Positions 1 to 8,907 of a stretch of 64,000 bases of DNA are shown here, in pieces (within the stretch, counting starts at the first letter, position 1; every line of letters begins with the position of its first letter). The DNA is from Bacillota bacterium (GTDB lineage: Bacteria; Bacillota; Clostridia; Peptostreptococcales; Anaerovoracaceae). The stretch covers positions 18,166-82,165 of the forward strand of contig JAEEGU010000051.1 of the NCBI GenBank assembly GCA_016280485.1, in the 5' to 3' direction. The notes below the pieces were generated by a model. That model had not been told where the DNA came from. It did no database searches and saw nothing but the letters and a program-made list of their open reading frames with translations. The translations under genes were made by a program, and so were the position numbers.

Positions 1-578
1 TCGTCAGGAATACAGAGCAGCCAACGCAGTGAGACACCCAATACTTCGGCGGTTCGCGGCAGATCATCAAGGCCGATCGCTGTAAAGCTATGCGTAATGA
101 CTCTTTGCAGCTCCGGACGGATATCGTCCGGAAAGTTGAGCTGGTGACGCTTTCCTGGGGGATATTGACGGAAAGTAAACTCTCTGACTCTATTTGTCGG
201 GTCTTCTGTATCGATCCACCAGGGTTCGCAGAAGGCGCCCTGATCGCAAAGGCGGATGATTTTTTCGAGTTGCTTGTCACTTACAGCTTCGCATAGAGCA
301 GTAAATTCTTTTTCTTCGTCTGACTGCTTAACAACGATACCTACGGCGTGATACAGATCGATAATGCTGGAAAGGCCGATCGTGTTAACCGCAATGGGGA
401 GGTCAGCGTATTGGATCCGGACAATCTGGCGTTTTGTATCCTCGATTGCGCGGCTGGCCGTAACGCTTTGCGTCTTTTCTGCAAGCTGCTCCTGGAGTCC
501 ATTGGCGATGATTGCCTGGCTAAGAAATTCCATGCATTTTCCCTTCGGTGGGACATAAGTTCCATTAAACGCTCGCAT
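1..578 (-). CDS. hypothetical protein, partial (runs off left edge); HTH-like C-terminal segment
   Basis: My own minus-strand translation is open from ATG 578 to base 1 with no stop (alternative ATG at 533 with an AAGGGA SD). It is absent from the ORF track because it is truncated. The segment LDDLPRTAEVLGVSLRWL looks like a helix-turn-helix. Confidence 0.5.
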   Translation of the reverse strand, partial: MRAFNGTYVPPKGKCMEFLSQAIIANGLQEQLAEKTQSVTASRAIEDTKRQIVRIQYADLPIAVNTIGLSSIIDLYHAVGIVVKQSDEEKEFTALCEAVSDKQLEKIIRLCDQGAFCEPWWIDTEDPTNRVREFTFRQYPPGKRHQLNFPDDIRPELQRVITHSFTAIGLDDLPRTAEVLGVSLRWLLCIPD

Positions 579-687
579 GTTCTTTGAACGAAAAAAATAG
601 AAAAATCTAAATTCTTCGCTTCCTCCTTTCAAAGGTATTATGGACGTTTATAGTTGACAACAATTTCATTTTTTTATTGTCAGATAT

Positions 688-715
688 ATTATATAGTTTT
701 TTTACATTTTGTCAA
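688..715 (-). promoter_or_regulatory. sigma-A-type promoter for the leftward gene
   Basis: Read on the minus strand: TTGACA (715-710), 16 nt spacer, TATAAT (693-688). It lies in an AT-rich divergent intergenic region. Confidence 0.45.
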
Positions 716-811
716 GTAAACGAGACATAATAAGCAACGCCGATACGCTATTATTCCAGTAAAATCGAGATAAAATCTATACTGAAGATAGTCTCTTTTC
801 AATCTTCCCTA

Positions 812-1002
812 TTGACAGTCAATATGTTTTAGTATATACTATGTGTGTACTTTATGGAGATTTTACTGCTGTTATCAGCAGCTTCACGAAGTATTTTTTT
901 GTAATTCGGAGACACTTCCCTACTTGTGGGCGAGGTGTCTCTTTTTATTATATAAACTTTTTTATGTGCTTGTGTTGGACGCACAAGCAGAAAGGAGAAA
1001 AC
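812..1002 (+). promoter_or_regulatory. Leader-repeat copy E9: promoter + structured leader + intrinsic terminator + SD hairpin
   Basis: TTGACA 812-817, 17 nt, TATACT 835-840, then GTAC at 847. P1 arms 847-859 and 882-893 enclose the hairpin CTGCTG/CAGCAG at 866-881. Terminator hairpin 908-941 plus T5. Hairpin 967-989 (loop TTGGACG) abuts the AGAAAGGAG SD; ATG at 1003. Confidence 0.8.
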
Positions 1003-1335
1003 ATGAGAACACGGAAAATCTCTATTTTGGAGGGAATCGTGATCGCGGTTATGCTGATGATCATACTGATGATGATCGCAGACCTTGACGCAGCCTGTAT
1101 GAGCGCAGCAATCAAAAAGAGTCCTTTTCTGATCGCAGCATGTGCGGTATGCGCGGCCTTGAACAAGGCTCGCTCACGACAGGCATTCGAAAGATTCGTC
1201 AGGAGAGCCTATGAACGCAGCGCGAAGACAGTATCATATGTTGTCTTCAAGCGGCATAATATGGCACTCAAGTACCTGACAAAGGATGAAAGGCAGGAAT
1301 TTGTCTACCTGAGGGAGGTCATAGGACGAAGATGA
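1003..1335 (+). CDS. small membrane protein
   Basis: Internal ATG of ORF 841..1335, 8 nt after AGAAAGGAG. Contains a hydrophobic helix (ILEGIVIAVMLMIILMMIA). First gene after E9. Confidence 0.6.
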   Translation: MRTRKISILEGIVIAVMLMIILMMIADLDAACMSAAIKKSPFLIAACAVCAALNKARSRQAFERFVRRAYERSAKTVSYVVFKRHNMALKYLTKDERQEFVYLREVIGRR

Positions 1336-1742
1336 TCAACGAAAAGATCGGAAACATCTTCTATGACTCGGAACCTTGGGAGACATTTTTTATGCCCATT
1401 TCCGCTGATTACGAGTTGTCCGGCGCAAACATCATCCTGGATCGCATGTTTGGCGTCCAGAGAGCCCTGCAGGAAAGAGGCTACCACCTCTTTCCTGACG
1501 CGCTTCTTGTTGGCGGTGCGGTGGCTGTAATCACAAAACCGAGAAGGGAAAGCGCAATAGCGCTTCCCATGCTTCAAAAGTCTCTGCAGATTTGCTCGGA
1601 CGTCTGTAAACGGGAAGGGATTAAACACCTGGCGATGATTCCCTTACGGGATGATTCGCTTCCCTGGCCTGTTATTAGGCGAGCGGTTTCGGAGGAATTG
1701 AAAGATGTCACCGTAACGGTGTACAGGAAGGAGGTAAAATAA
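1332..1742 (+). CDS. hypothetical protein (weak, degenerate macro-domain-like pattern)
   Basis: ATGA overlap with the upstream stop. IGNIF... and IKHLAMIPL..LPWPVIRRAV loosely recall small macro domains, but the Gly-rich loops are absent, so the function call is low confidence. Confidence 0.6.
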   Translation: MINEKIGNIFYDSEPWETFFMPISADYELSGANIILDRMFGVQRALQERGYHLFPDALLVGGAVAVITKPRRESAIALPMLQKSLQICSDVCKREGIKHLAMIPLRDDSLPWPVIRRAVSEELKDVTVTVYRKEVK

Positions 1743-3551
1743 TTGGGCCAGATTTCCAAAAAGCTCTTTGAAGTCACCGGGGCTCGTAATGTTTCGAGCA
1801 CGTTCGCCAAGGAGTTTACTGAGACAGAAACATCAGCCAATGCCATTTCTGACTGGAACGTGAGCAGTCCCGGTATGAATTTTCTACGTGCCTCACGTCT
1901 GCTAAGAGACGGTGTCCTGGCAGTCGAAGCCTGGGTTTCCGCAAGCGTCGGCGCTCCCGTTCGTGACGTTGCTGTCATGCGGGTCAGCGACGACCTGATT
2001 AGTGCGGAATACGCACACAGAACGAGTGCCGCTACGGACGTCGTTGCGTTTAATAAGACGAACGGACTTCTCCTGGCGGCGAAAGTTGGAGCGACCGGGC
2101 GGTTTACTCAGCTCGGCTCCTTTGGCCAGTCGAAAACCGAGTCTGCCGCAAGCATCCTGTTTTGTTTGATTCCTGTTTTTCAGGAATTGAACCCGGCTTT
2201 CGATGCGGATATTCAGACTTTGGTTCGGTGGTATCCCAATCGAGTCAACAGCGCCGGCGATGTGACGTTTTCTGATGACGCAAAAAACGCTCTTTTCCGT
2301 ATCTGTGACGCTTTTTATCACGGCATTGTTCGGGATAACGTCAGAATCACAAATATGGATCAGAACGGAAACATTACCAAGCTGGAAAGAACTGACGTGG
2401 ATTCTCACGTCTACGACGGCATTCCTTTGCTGGGCGTACCGAGGATTCTGGTGGGCAGGCAGGTTTCGCTAAGAGGTAGCTGCTTGCTTCATGACGCACT
2501 TCTTGCGAATAAAAAACGCCGTGAGGAAAGCCTTGCGTCGCTCAGTCCGGAACAGCTTGCGGAGGTTCCTCATTCTCCTGATAACACGGTTGTTCCATCC
2601 TGGGTTACGGATATGGTCGAAAGCTTTTACGCGACCGAAAATACCCTGGAGCCCTTCAATAACTTCCGTGTTGAATCCGGAACCGGCGGTGGCAAAACCT
2701 TTGGTGTTCGGCTCATGGCCGAAATCATGGGCAAGCCGCTGAAAACACTCAATCTGGATCCGGACTCAGATAAAACGGAATTGAAGAGTCAGATCGTGCC
2801 GAACACGAAGTCCGGCGGATTTGCGATCCGGATGCCCTCTTTCCTGGATATCGTCAACGACCCTGTCAGCGCCTACGAAGACATTACAGGCGTTGAAAAG
2901 ATTGGTGTTTCCGTAGATGAATGCCAGGAGGCCTACAACAAGGCAATGGCCGGCGGCGACCAGGGTAAAGCATTCCGCCATATCCTTTCTCCCCTGATGC
3001 AGGGTCTCCAAGGCCCGTACATCGTGGAAATCCAGGAGATGTCAAGAGCTCGGGCCGGTGTGCTGTCCGGCTTAAACGAGGTGTTTGACCGAGACTCCGT
3101 GATCCACCTGGAAGGCTCCGGGGAGCAGTTCAAACGAAATCCGAAATCGATCGTTGTCTCAACGGATAACTTCGGATACTCCGGCTGTAAACCGATTTCC
3201 CCGGACGTTCGGCGCCGATTCTCCCACATTGAAAGGCTTCCTTCTCTTTCTGACGACGACGCCGTAACCCGTGCGATCCAGCGAACCGAGTTTGATGATC
3301 GTGCCCTGCTCAAGCAGATGTGGAAAATCATAAAGGAAGTAGCGAAGATCTGCCGAGAGAAGGATATTCGTGCCGGCGACGTCGGGCTTACGGAATTGAT
3401 CGCGTGGGCGATGAAGCTCAAGATCGGTGTGAACCGCACGGTGGCGTTCACCCAGACCGTTCTTACGCACGCCTCCGGCGACGATCAGGAGCAGAAAGAG
3501 ATCAATGATGCCATTATGGTTTCGCAGGCTGTCGGGCATTTCTTTGATTAG
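1743..3551 (+). CDS. AAA+ ATPase, MoxR/CbbQ/CobS-like (AAA_5 type)
   Basis: TTG start 9 nt after GGAGG. Walker A is ESGTGGGKT. The Walker B/sensor region is YIVEIQEMSRARAGVLSGLNEVFD. It is paired with a downstream VWA protein. Confidence 0.85.
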   Translation: MGQISKKLFEVTGARNVSSTFAKEFTETETSANAISDWNVSSPGMNFLRASRLLRDGVLAVEAWVSASVGAPVRDVAVMRVSDDLISAEYAHRTSAATDVVAFNKTNGLLLAAKVGATGRFTQLGSFGQSKTESAASILFCLIPVFQELNPAFDADIQTLVRWYPNRVNSAGDVTFSDDAKNALFRICDAFYHGIVRDNVRITNMDQNGNITKLERTDVDSHVYDGIPLLGVPRILVGRQVSLRGSCLLHDALLANKKRREESLASLSPEQLAEVPHSPDNTVVPSWVTDMVESFYATENTLEPFNNFRVESGTGGGKTFGVRLMAEIMGKPLKTLNLDPDSDKTELKSQIVPNTKSGGFAIRMPSFLDIVNDPVSAYEDITGVEKIGVSVDECQEAYNKAMAGGDQGKAFRHILSPLMQGLQGPYIVEIQEMSRARAGVLSGLNEVFDRDSVIHLEGSGEQFKRNPKSIVVSTDNFGYSGCKPISPDVRRRFSHIERLPSLSDDDAVTRAIQRTEFDDRALLKQMWKIIKEVAKICREKDIRAGDVGLTELIAWAMKLKIGVNRTVAFTQTVLTHASGDDQEQKEINDAIMVSQAVGHFFD

Positions 3552-3562
3552 GGGGTGGCAAG

Positions 3563-6115
3563 ATGATTACGACTCGCTTCCACCTGAACAACGAATTCTC
3601 CGACCGGGAATTATTTACCAGTGAAGAGTTCCGAAAGTACCTGGAAACATTATTGGAAAGCATGACCGGGAATCAATGCTACACGCTGAATCTTGTCCAT
3701 GATCCCAATGATGACAATCTCGGCTTCACGACCGGACAGCAGGTTTTTGTCAATACGGGGCACAAGTATGCCTCGTATTACAAAAAGCAGGAGCAGCGAT
3801 TCATGTACAATATGGCCACGTTCTTTCATGAAGTCGGTCATCTTCTGGATCCTGCTCTCCTGGGTGATTTCATGAAAACGCTTGCCGATATCAAGGCTGC
3901 GGTTCCATTTGTTCCGATTCCCCGCAAAGAGCTTATGGCTGCGTATAATGTCCTTACCGATAAGCGCTACACCGACTTGGTCTTTACGCTCGTCCAGTCC
4001 ATTATGAACATTGGACTGGACGCCCATGACGAGGAAGCTATTTCGGTGAACTACTCAGCTATGGTAGGACGCTGCCTCCGGTTGGCGCTTGGTGTCGACA
4101 AGGCAACGCACCTCACGCTGCAGCAAATGCGAGCTGCCGGCTGCTCCGAGATGGATATCCGAAATTCCCTGATTTTTGAGTATATCCGTTTTGGCGGCGA
4201 GGAAGGCTTGCTGGTCGAGGATACGGATGATAAATTGTCCGATCCCGCCTACCTTTTTGTGCAGAGCGTTAAGACACCGTTAGATGTCCTGAGATTTTCC
4301 GACGACGCCGATGCGCGAAGAGCTGCTGCCTTTGAGGTTTTTGCCGCTCTTTGGCCTGTGATTCTGCAGGAAATGCAGGACAGAGCCTCTCCCCCGCCCC
4401 AGCAATCTCCTTCGTCATCAGACGCAGGAGCGCAATGCGGTGAAGGAACGGAAGACGGGCAGGATTCCGATGGCAGCAATAATTCTGATTCTTCCCGGAG
4501 ACAGAACGGAAGCGATTCAAAACCAGATGCGTCAAATTCCGGGAAAGGAAACAGCGATTCTGGCCCCTCCCCTTCCCGGGATTCTTCCGGTGCGGCTGAA
4601 AACGACAGCCGGCAGAAAAATGATAATGCATCTGAAGCGGGCAGTCAGACCGGCAGCCAGGAGTCGAATTCAGAGGGAGGCAAACAGGATTCCTCGGGGA
4701 GCAGCGGCGCAGAAAGTCCTTCTGAAGACTGGGGAGGATCCCAGTCGAAAAAGAACGATTCAAACGCTGAGAACAGGAATCAAGCTGGTTCCCAAAATCC
4801 TTCCGGGAAAACAGATAAAACCGATTCATCCTCCGGTTCCAATGCTTCAGATTCTTCAAATGGCTCCGAAGGGCGAGAATTTGACGCGAATGGCAACGCT
4901 GCGGAAAACGGTCCTGCCGGACAGCAAGAGACCGGCTCAAATGCTGAGAAGGCCGGAAACGGGAAGAACTCGAAACCTGAACTGCAGAGCCGTCCCGAGT
5001 GGACTCCGGATCCTGATGTAATTTCTGATATCGTAAAGCAGATTAAAGAGATTGCACAGAGCTTCGAGACCAAGACTCCGGAAAAGACCGCTGGCAAATC
5101 AATCAAGGTCGATTCCAACTCCAGCGGGAAGGAGCAGGATGACCGCGGCGAGGAAATGGGCCGTTCAGCGTTTGAGAAGGTACTTCAGCAGCATGCGGCA
5201 AGCAAAGCGGAAGAATTAGCGGATAAGGAAGTAAATCAAGGAACAGATAAGGCAATAAAGGGAGTTATTAAAACCCTTGACGCAACTTCTCCGCATAAGA
5301 ATCTTCCTGTGTACACGCATCGATCAAATGTAACGCCCGAACTCCAAAGGCGGTATGAGCAGCTCGAATCCGAGCTTCATCCGGTTCGCCGCCGTCTGGT
5401 GGAAGAAATGCGGCGAATGTTCGAAGAACTCAGAGACGGTGCGACTTTGCGAAAGCGTTCCTACGGCCGCATCGATGCAAAGAACTTCCAGCGCGTCCCG
5501 ACAGATCAGAAGTTCTTTATGAAAAAGAAGGCGCCGCAGGATGTTCCGCATCTTGCAATCTGTGTTGTCGTAGACCGATCCGGCTCCATGACCTGTGGCG
5601 AAGAATGCAGCAGAATCTATTTTTGCTGCAGAGCGGCAATTCTTCTTGAGGGATTTGCCTCAGATCTGGATATTCCCATAATGGTCTGCGGTCATAATAC
5701 GGCAGCAAGGGGAATCAACTTCTATATATCCAGAGATTTTGAGGCTCCCAGAAGAAGCAAACGGGTGTTTGCGTTGGCAGATACTACCACGTCCGGATGC
5801 AATCGAGACGGCTATGCGTTTTTGATTGCCTCTGAACTTCTGGCCAAACGTCCGGAAGAAGATAAGCTGCTTATCATTCTCTCAGATGGTTGTCCGAATG
5901 ACGACTACTATGGAGGGGATTCTGCCGCCGAAGATATCCGTAATATCTTAAAGCGAGCCGAACGTAAAAACGGGATTGAAACAATCGCGTGCGCGTTCGG
6001 TGATTCAAAGGAACAAGTAAAAGAGATCTATGGTTCGAAATGTCTGGATATTTCGGATCTCTCCACGCTGCCCCGTACGCTTACCAAAATTGTGCGTGAG
6101 CGCTTGGAGGAATAA
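3563..6115 (+). CDS. metallopeptidase-like (HExxH) N-domain, long disordered linker, C-terminal VWA domain
   Basis: HEVGH motif (FFHEVGHLLD). About 230 aa of S/G/N/D/Q-rich low complexity. MIDAS-type VVVDRSGSM and LSDGCPND motifs. This is the classic partner of MoxR-type ATPases. Confidence 0.85.
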   Translation: MITTRFHLNNEFSDRELFTSEEFRKYLETLLESMTGNQCYTLNLVHDPNDDNLGFTTGQQVFVNTGHKYASYYKKQEQRFMYNMATFFHEVGHLLDPALLGDFMKTLADIKAAVPFVPIPRKELMAAYNVLTDKRYTDLVFTLVQSIMNIGLDAHDEEAISVNYSAMVGRCLRLALGVDKATHLTLQQMRAAGCSEMDIRNSLIFEYIRFGGEEGLLVEDTDDKLSDPAYLFVQSVKTPLDVLRFSDDADARRAAAFEVFAALWPVILQEMQDRASPPPQQSPSSSDAGAQCGEGTEDGQDSDGSNNSDSSRRQNGSDSKPDASNSGKGNSDSGPSPSRDSSGAAENDSRQKNDNASEAGSQTGSQESNSEGGKQDSSGSSGAESPSEDWGGSQSKKNDSNAENRNQAGSQNPSGKTDKTDSSSGSNASDSSNGSEGREFDANGNAAENGPAGQQETGSNAEKAGNGKNSKPELQSRPEWTPDPDVISDIVKQIKEIAQSFETKTPEKTAGKSIKVDSNSSGKEQDDRGEEMGRSAFEKVLQQHAASKAEELADKEVNQGTDKAIKGVIKTLDATSPHKNLPVYTHRSNVTPELQRRYEQLESELHPVRRRLVEEMRRMFEELRDGATLRKRSYGRIDAKNFQRVPTDQKFFMKKKAPQDVPHLAICVVVDRSGSMTCGEECSRIYFCCRAAILLEGFASDLDIPIMVCGHNTAARGINFYISRDFEAPRRSKRVFALADTTTSGCNRDGYAFLIASELLAKRPEEDKLLIILSDGCPNDDYYGGDSAAEDIRNILKRAERKNGIETIACAFGDSKEQVKEIYGSKCLDISDLSTLPRTLTKIVRERLEE

Positions 6116-6123
6116 AGCTCTTT

Positions 6124-6155
6124 CCCTCCCCCGCTATGGGGGAGGGTTCTTTTTT
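6124..6155 (+). terminator. intrinsic terminator of the AAA-VWA operon
   Basis: CCCTCCCCC/GGGGGAGGG hairpin followed by TTCTTTTTT, directly after the stop at 6115. Confidence 0.7.
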
Positions 6156-6170
6156 GCGCTCTATGTGGAG

Positions 6171-6199
6171 TTGACAGACCATTAAAAAAAGTATATAAT
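6171..6199 (+). promoter_or_regulatory. consensus sigma-A promoter
   Basis: TTGACA 6171-6176, 17 nt, TATAAT 6194-6199. GTAC again begins 6 nt after the -10. Confidence 0.7.
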
Positions 6200-6247
6200 C
6201 GTTTCGTACCAAAAGAGAGGAGGAAAGCGATATTTCGCTGGTGAATA

Positions 6248-7552
6248 ATGGAAGACAATAAGTATACAATTACCGACGAAGAGCTCGAACGGCTCCCGAT
6301 AAAAAAGTTGACAACGGGATCCGGCGGTACTCAGCAGTATGTACGGTATGACGAGGAAAGCGGGATCGCGTATCTGCTGGACTCTAAAATGAAATATACT
6401 GGCCGGGCCTCCAACATTAAAGGTTCGTTAATGCAGAAGTCGGAAGCCCAAACTCCGTCTGTGCAAAGCAAAAAAGAGGACAAGGATCCAAAGCCAAAAC
6501 GCAGTACGGTTAAGGCAGCCAAGAAAGAAAAAAATCCTCCGGATGTAACAGATCCGGAGGCGGAACTGGAAGCAAATGCCAGAAAGAAGAAACTGCTCGG
6601 CTTTGGATTGCTTGGCCTTGCTGGAATCGGCCTTCTTCTCTACCTGCTGTCGATCCTCGGAATACTTAACCCTTCCGGTCCCGCAAGCAACAAGCCTAAG
6701 CCAACAACTCCCGCAGACCCGGCGGCGGTTGATATCAAGGACTTGGCTGCTGCAGAAAAATATAACGTATTGATCTTTACCCGGAATATGTTCCAGGGAG
6801 ACGTTATTACGGAGGAAGACCTGGCCACCTTTGAGATGTCGAAAGCGGAATTCGCCGTCTGCGGCGGCGCCTATACCCTCGCCTGCAAGGACGCTGTGAT
6901 TGGCATGGAACTTACGAGATTTATGCCGTTCGGATCGGTTGCAGTATATGACTCCTGCGCCGCCAAGTCGAGCTTCCAGATTTCGCCGTGGTCGTCGCTG
7001 CCTGCCGGACAAAGTTACCTTGATGTGCCCGTTTCTCTGGTGCTCAAGGATCTGTCCGCTGTAATCCCCGGCGATTACGTCGATTTAACGATCAGCGTAA
7101 ACACGACTCGTTCCCAGGATTCTGAAGAAGCGGCGTCCAATACTGACGGAATGGAGCATACCTCTGCGGTTTCCGCATCGACGACCACCGATACATATCG
7201 TTTCGCCCGTATTTGCGTTGCAGATATTATTTTGCAGGACGGAACATCTTTTTACGCTACAATATCACGACTGTTCACTGTGCCGGACGGGTTCCTGCCT
7301 GCTGTTCTGCGGGACGAGTACAATGCGGAAACGATCGGCAATCTGGTGCCGAAGTATTATCGTTTTGTCGTCACAGACGCCCAGTTGTCCGAGATTGGCA
7401 CGATGCCGCCGGAAGCCACATCGGTAGACGCTGTTATGCTGGAGGAGTCTCAGAATCCGTATTTCCAAAACTTCTCCTCCAGGACGGATTACATCGTATC
7501 GCTGATTTGTCGGCGAAGCGAAGAAATTCAGCAGGAGGCCGACAATGAGTGA
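6248..7552 (+). CDS. CpaB/RcpC-like protein (N-terminal TM, SAF domain, beta-clip C-domain)
   Basis: TM helix LLGFGLLGLAGIGLLLYLLSILGIL. SAF-like segment NVLIFTRNMFQGDVITEEDL. IPGDYVDLTISV...ICVADIIL resembles the CpaB C-domain. Confidence 0.65.
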   Translation: MEDNKYTITDEELERLPIKKLTTGSGGTQQYVRYDEESGIAYLLDSKMKYTGRASNIKGSLMQKSEAQTPSVQSKKEDKDPKPKRSTVKAAKKEKNPPDVTDPEAELEANARKKKLLGFGLLGLAGIGLLLYLLSILGILNPSGPASNKPKPTTPADPAAVDIKDLAAAEKYNVLIFTRNMFQGDVITEEDLATFEMSKAEFAVCGGAYTLACKDAVIGMELTRFMPFGSVAVYDSCAAKSSFQISPWSSLPAGQSYLDVPVSLVLKDLSAVIPGDYVDLTISVNTTRSQDSEEAASNTDGMEHTSAVSASTTTDTYRFARICVADIILQDGTSFYATISRLFTVPDGFLPAVLRDEYNAETIGNLVPKYYRFVVTDAQLSEIGTMPPEATSVDAVMLEESQNPYFQNFSSRTDYIVSLICRRSEEIQQEADNE

Positions 7553-8066
7553 AGAAAAGACCTGGCCGAACCAGACTTCAGAGCCACCTCCCGAGCCGCC
7601 AGAGAATGCCGCTGTGCGCGATAGAGTAGAAGCAGCGAAAAGGGTGCTGTCTCACGATGAAAACGAAACATCCATGCCGGAGCCGCTTCTGAAGACCATT
7701 CTGATTGATCTGGCTTTGGCTTTTGGTATGCTTGCATTGGGCGTCGTTCTCACAATTCAGACCAAGAAAATATCGTATGCAGTGCCTCTGATTTTCTCCG
7801 CTTTTCTGGCATACCTGGCTCTTTCCATGCTGAGTGACTACCGTGCGGGAAAAATCCACGAACGGGTTTTGCTTTGCACTTCGGCAAACTCCAGTTTTCC
7901 GGGCTTTTCTGTCACAATGCAAACGACAGATAAAGAAGGGCCTGTTGACGTATTCAAGTTCTATTATCGCAATCGGAAATCTTGTCCGTTCAAAGAAGGG
8001 TACGTTTACGCTGTTTACACAAATGACAATCAGCCGCATCGAGTGATTGCCTGGAAAAACTTTTGA
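7545..8066 (+). CDS. membrane protein (2 TM)
   Basis: GGAGG SD. 8-nt overlap with the upstream gene. Two hydrophobic helices. Confidence 0.6.
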   Translation: MSEEKTWPNQTSEPPPEPPENAAVRDRVEAAKRVLSHDENETSMPEPLLKTILIDLALAFGMLALGVVLTIQTKKISYAVPLIFSAFLAYLALSMLSDYRAGKIHERVLLCTSANSSFPGFSVTMQTTDKEGPVDVFKFYYRNRKSCPFKEGYVYAVYTNDNQPHRVIAWKNF

Positions 8067-8082
8067 AAAAGGGAGAAAAGCA

Positions 8083-8283
8083 ATGGATACCGCGCAACAC
8101 ATACGAAACATTCGGGAGAGCGTCGGCCTCACCCAGGAAGAGTTTTCCAAAGCCTATGAGATTTCGCTGGAAACGCTGAAAGCGTGGGAGGACGGGCCCC
8201 AGCAGCCGCCGATCTATATTCTCAAAATGCTTGATTTGTACGTCAAGATATATCCTCCGGAAAAACTTGGAGCGCCTGATTGA
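8083..8283 (+). CDS. XRE-family HTH protein
   Basis: Internal ATG after the GGGAGAAAAG SD. IRNIRESVGLTQEEFSKAYEISLETLKAWE is a typical HTH_3 motif. Confidence 0.75.
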   Translation: MDTAQHIRNIRESVGLTQEEFSKAYEISLETLKAWEDGPQQPPIYILKMLDLYVKIYPPEKLGAPD

Positions 8284-8299
8284 CAGGCGCTCCTTTTTT
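8269..8299. terminator. bidirectional terminator between convergent units
   Basis: GGAGCGCCTG/CAGGCGCTCC hairpin with T6 on the plus side and an A/T run on the other. It overlaps the stop of 8083..8283. Confidence 0.65.
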
Positions 8300-8834
8300 A
8301 ACTTGATGTAGTTTGTTTTTCGGGAGCTGTACCAATCGGCATGTACATTTCCCGGATCCAGAGAAAGTAGTCGCAACAGGTTTCGATGTATACGCGAAGG
8401 GCTCTCTGATAGCTTTCAAGCCGTGCTCCTGGCTGCATTGCGTCGTTGATGTTCCTGGCTGCGAATACCAGCCGACGCTCCTCCCATTCGGGGTAAAGCG
8501 TTTGAAGGTCTTTGACAGCCCCGACGTATTGCATCGCCTCGGGCGAGTTTTCCTCATACATAAACGAAGAGACGCTGTAACGGCTTAATTGCAGGCAGCA
8601 CTTTTTTGCGTCAACTGAGCTTGTGGCCTGCTTCATCACATGCTCCAGGAGCGCTTTGGCGTTAAGTAAATACTGCCGTCTCAAGATCAGCTCGTTGTAT
8701 GCGGATCGGAATTTTGCGTTGTCTTTGCTTTCCGGGTGGAGTTCAAAGTATGTCGCGGCATTTGCAATGCGCTCGCTTGTTTCTTTTATGCTGTTGTTGA
8801 TTTTGATACTTTGCCGTGGATCGTTCTTCAACAT
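8298..8834 (-). CDS. hypothetical protein
   Basis: 178-aa ORF, last gene of the minus-strand array. There is no good SD next to the only possible ATG. Confidence 0.5.
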   Translation of the reverse strand: MLKNDPRQSIKINNSIKETSERIANAATYFELHPESKDNAKFRSAYNELILRRQYLLNAKALLEHVMKQATSSVDAKKCCLQLSRYSVSSFMYEENSPEAMQYVGAVKDLQTLYPEWEERRLVFAARNINDAMQPGARLESYQRALRVYIETCCDYFLWIREMYMPIGTAPEKQTTSS

Positions 8835-8907
8835 AGTATGTCAAAACAGCCTTTGCCGTTCTGTATCCTCCCTCCTGGAATGAGATGAACATGGGGTTAT
8901 GCGAAAA

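Noticed and set aside
847-1002. A leader peptide starting at the conserved AUG inside GUACUUUAUGAAGG of the repeat leaders. Several track ORFs (841..1335, 40003..40302, 61608..61823) read through the leaders.
   Set aside because: The AUG is about 8 nt from the predicted +1 and has no SD. The variable P2 length shifts the frame between copies, so downstream conserved nucleotides are read in different frames. Stops also fall at different places. Conservation is at the RNA level rather than the peptide level.
1332-1742. Calling 1332..1742 a macro domain (ADP-ribose binding or hydrolysis) to pair with the PARP.
   Set aside because: Only a loose outline matches (N-terminal GNIF, C-terminal IKHLAMIPL..LPWPVIRRAV). 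The diagnostic Gly-rich phosphate-binding loops are missing. It is kept as hypothetical and needs profile or structure searches.
4380-5000. The Ser/Gly/Asn/Asp-rich stretch in the VWA gene could be a tandem DNA repeat or a phase-variable tract.
   Set aside because: I could not find an exact repeating nucleotide unit. The stretch is in frame and continuous with well-defined flanking domains, so it reads as an intrinsically disordered linker.
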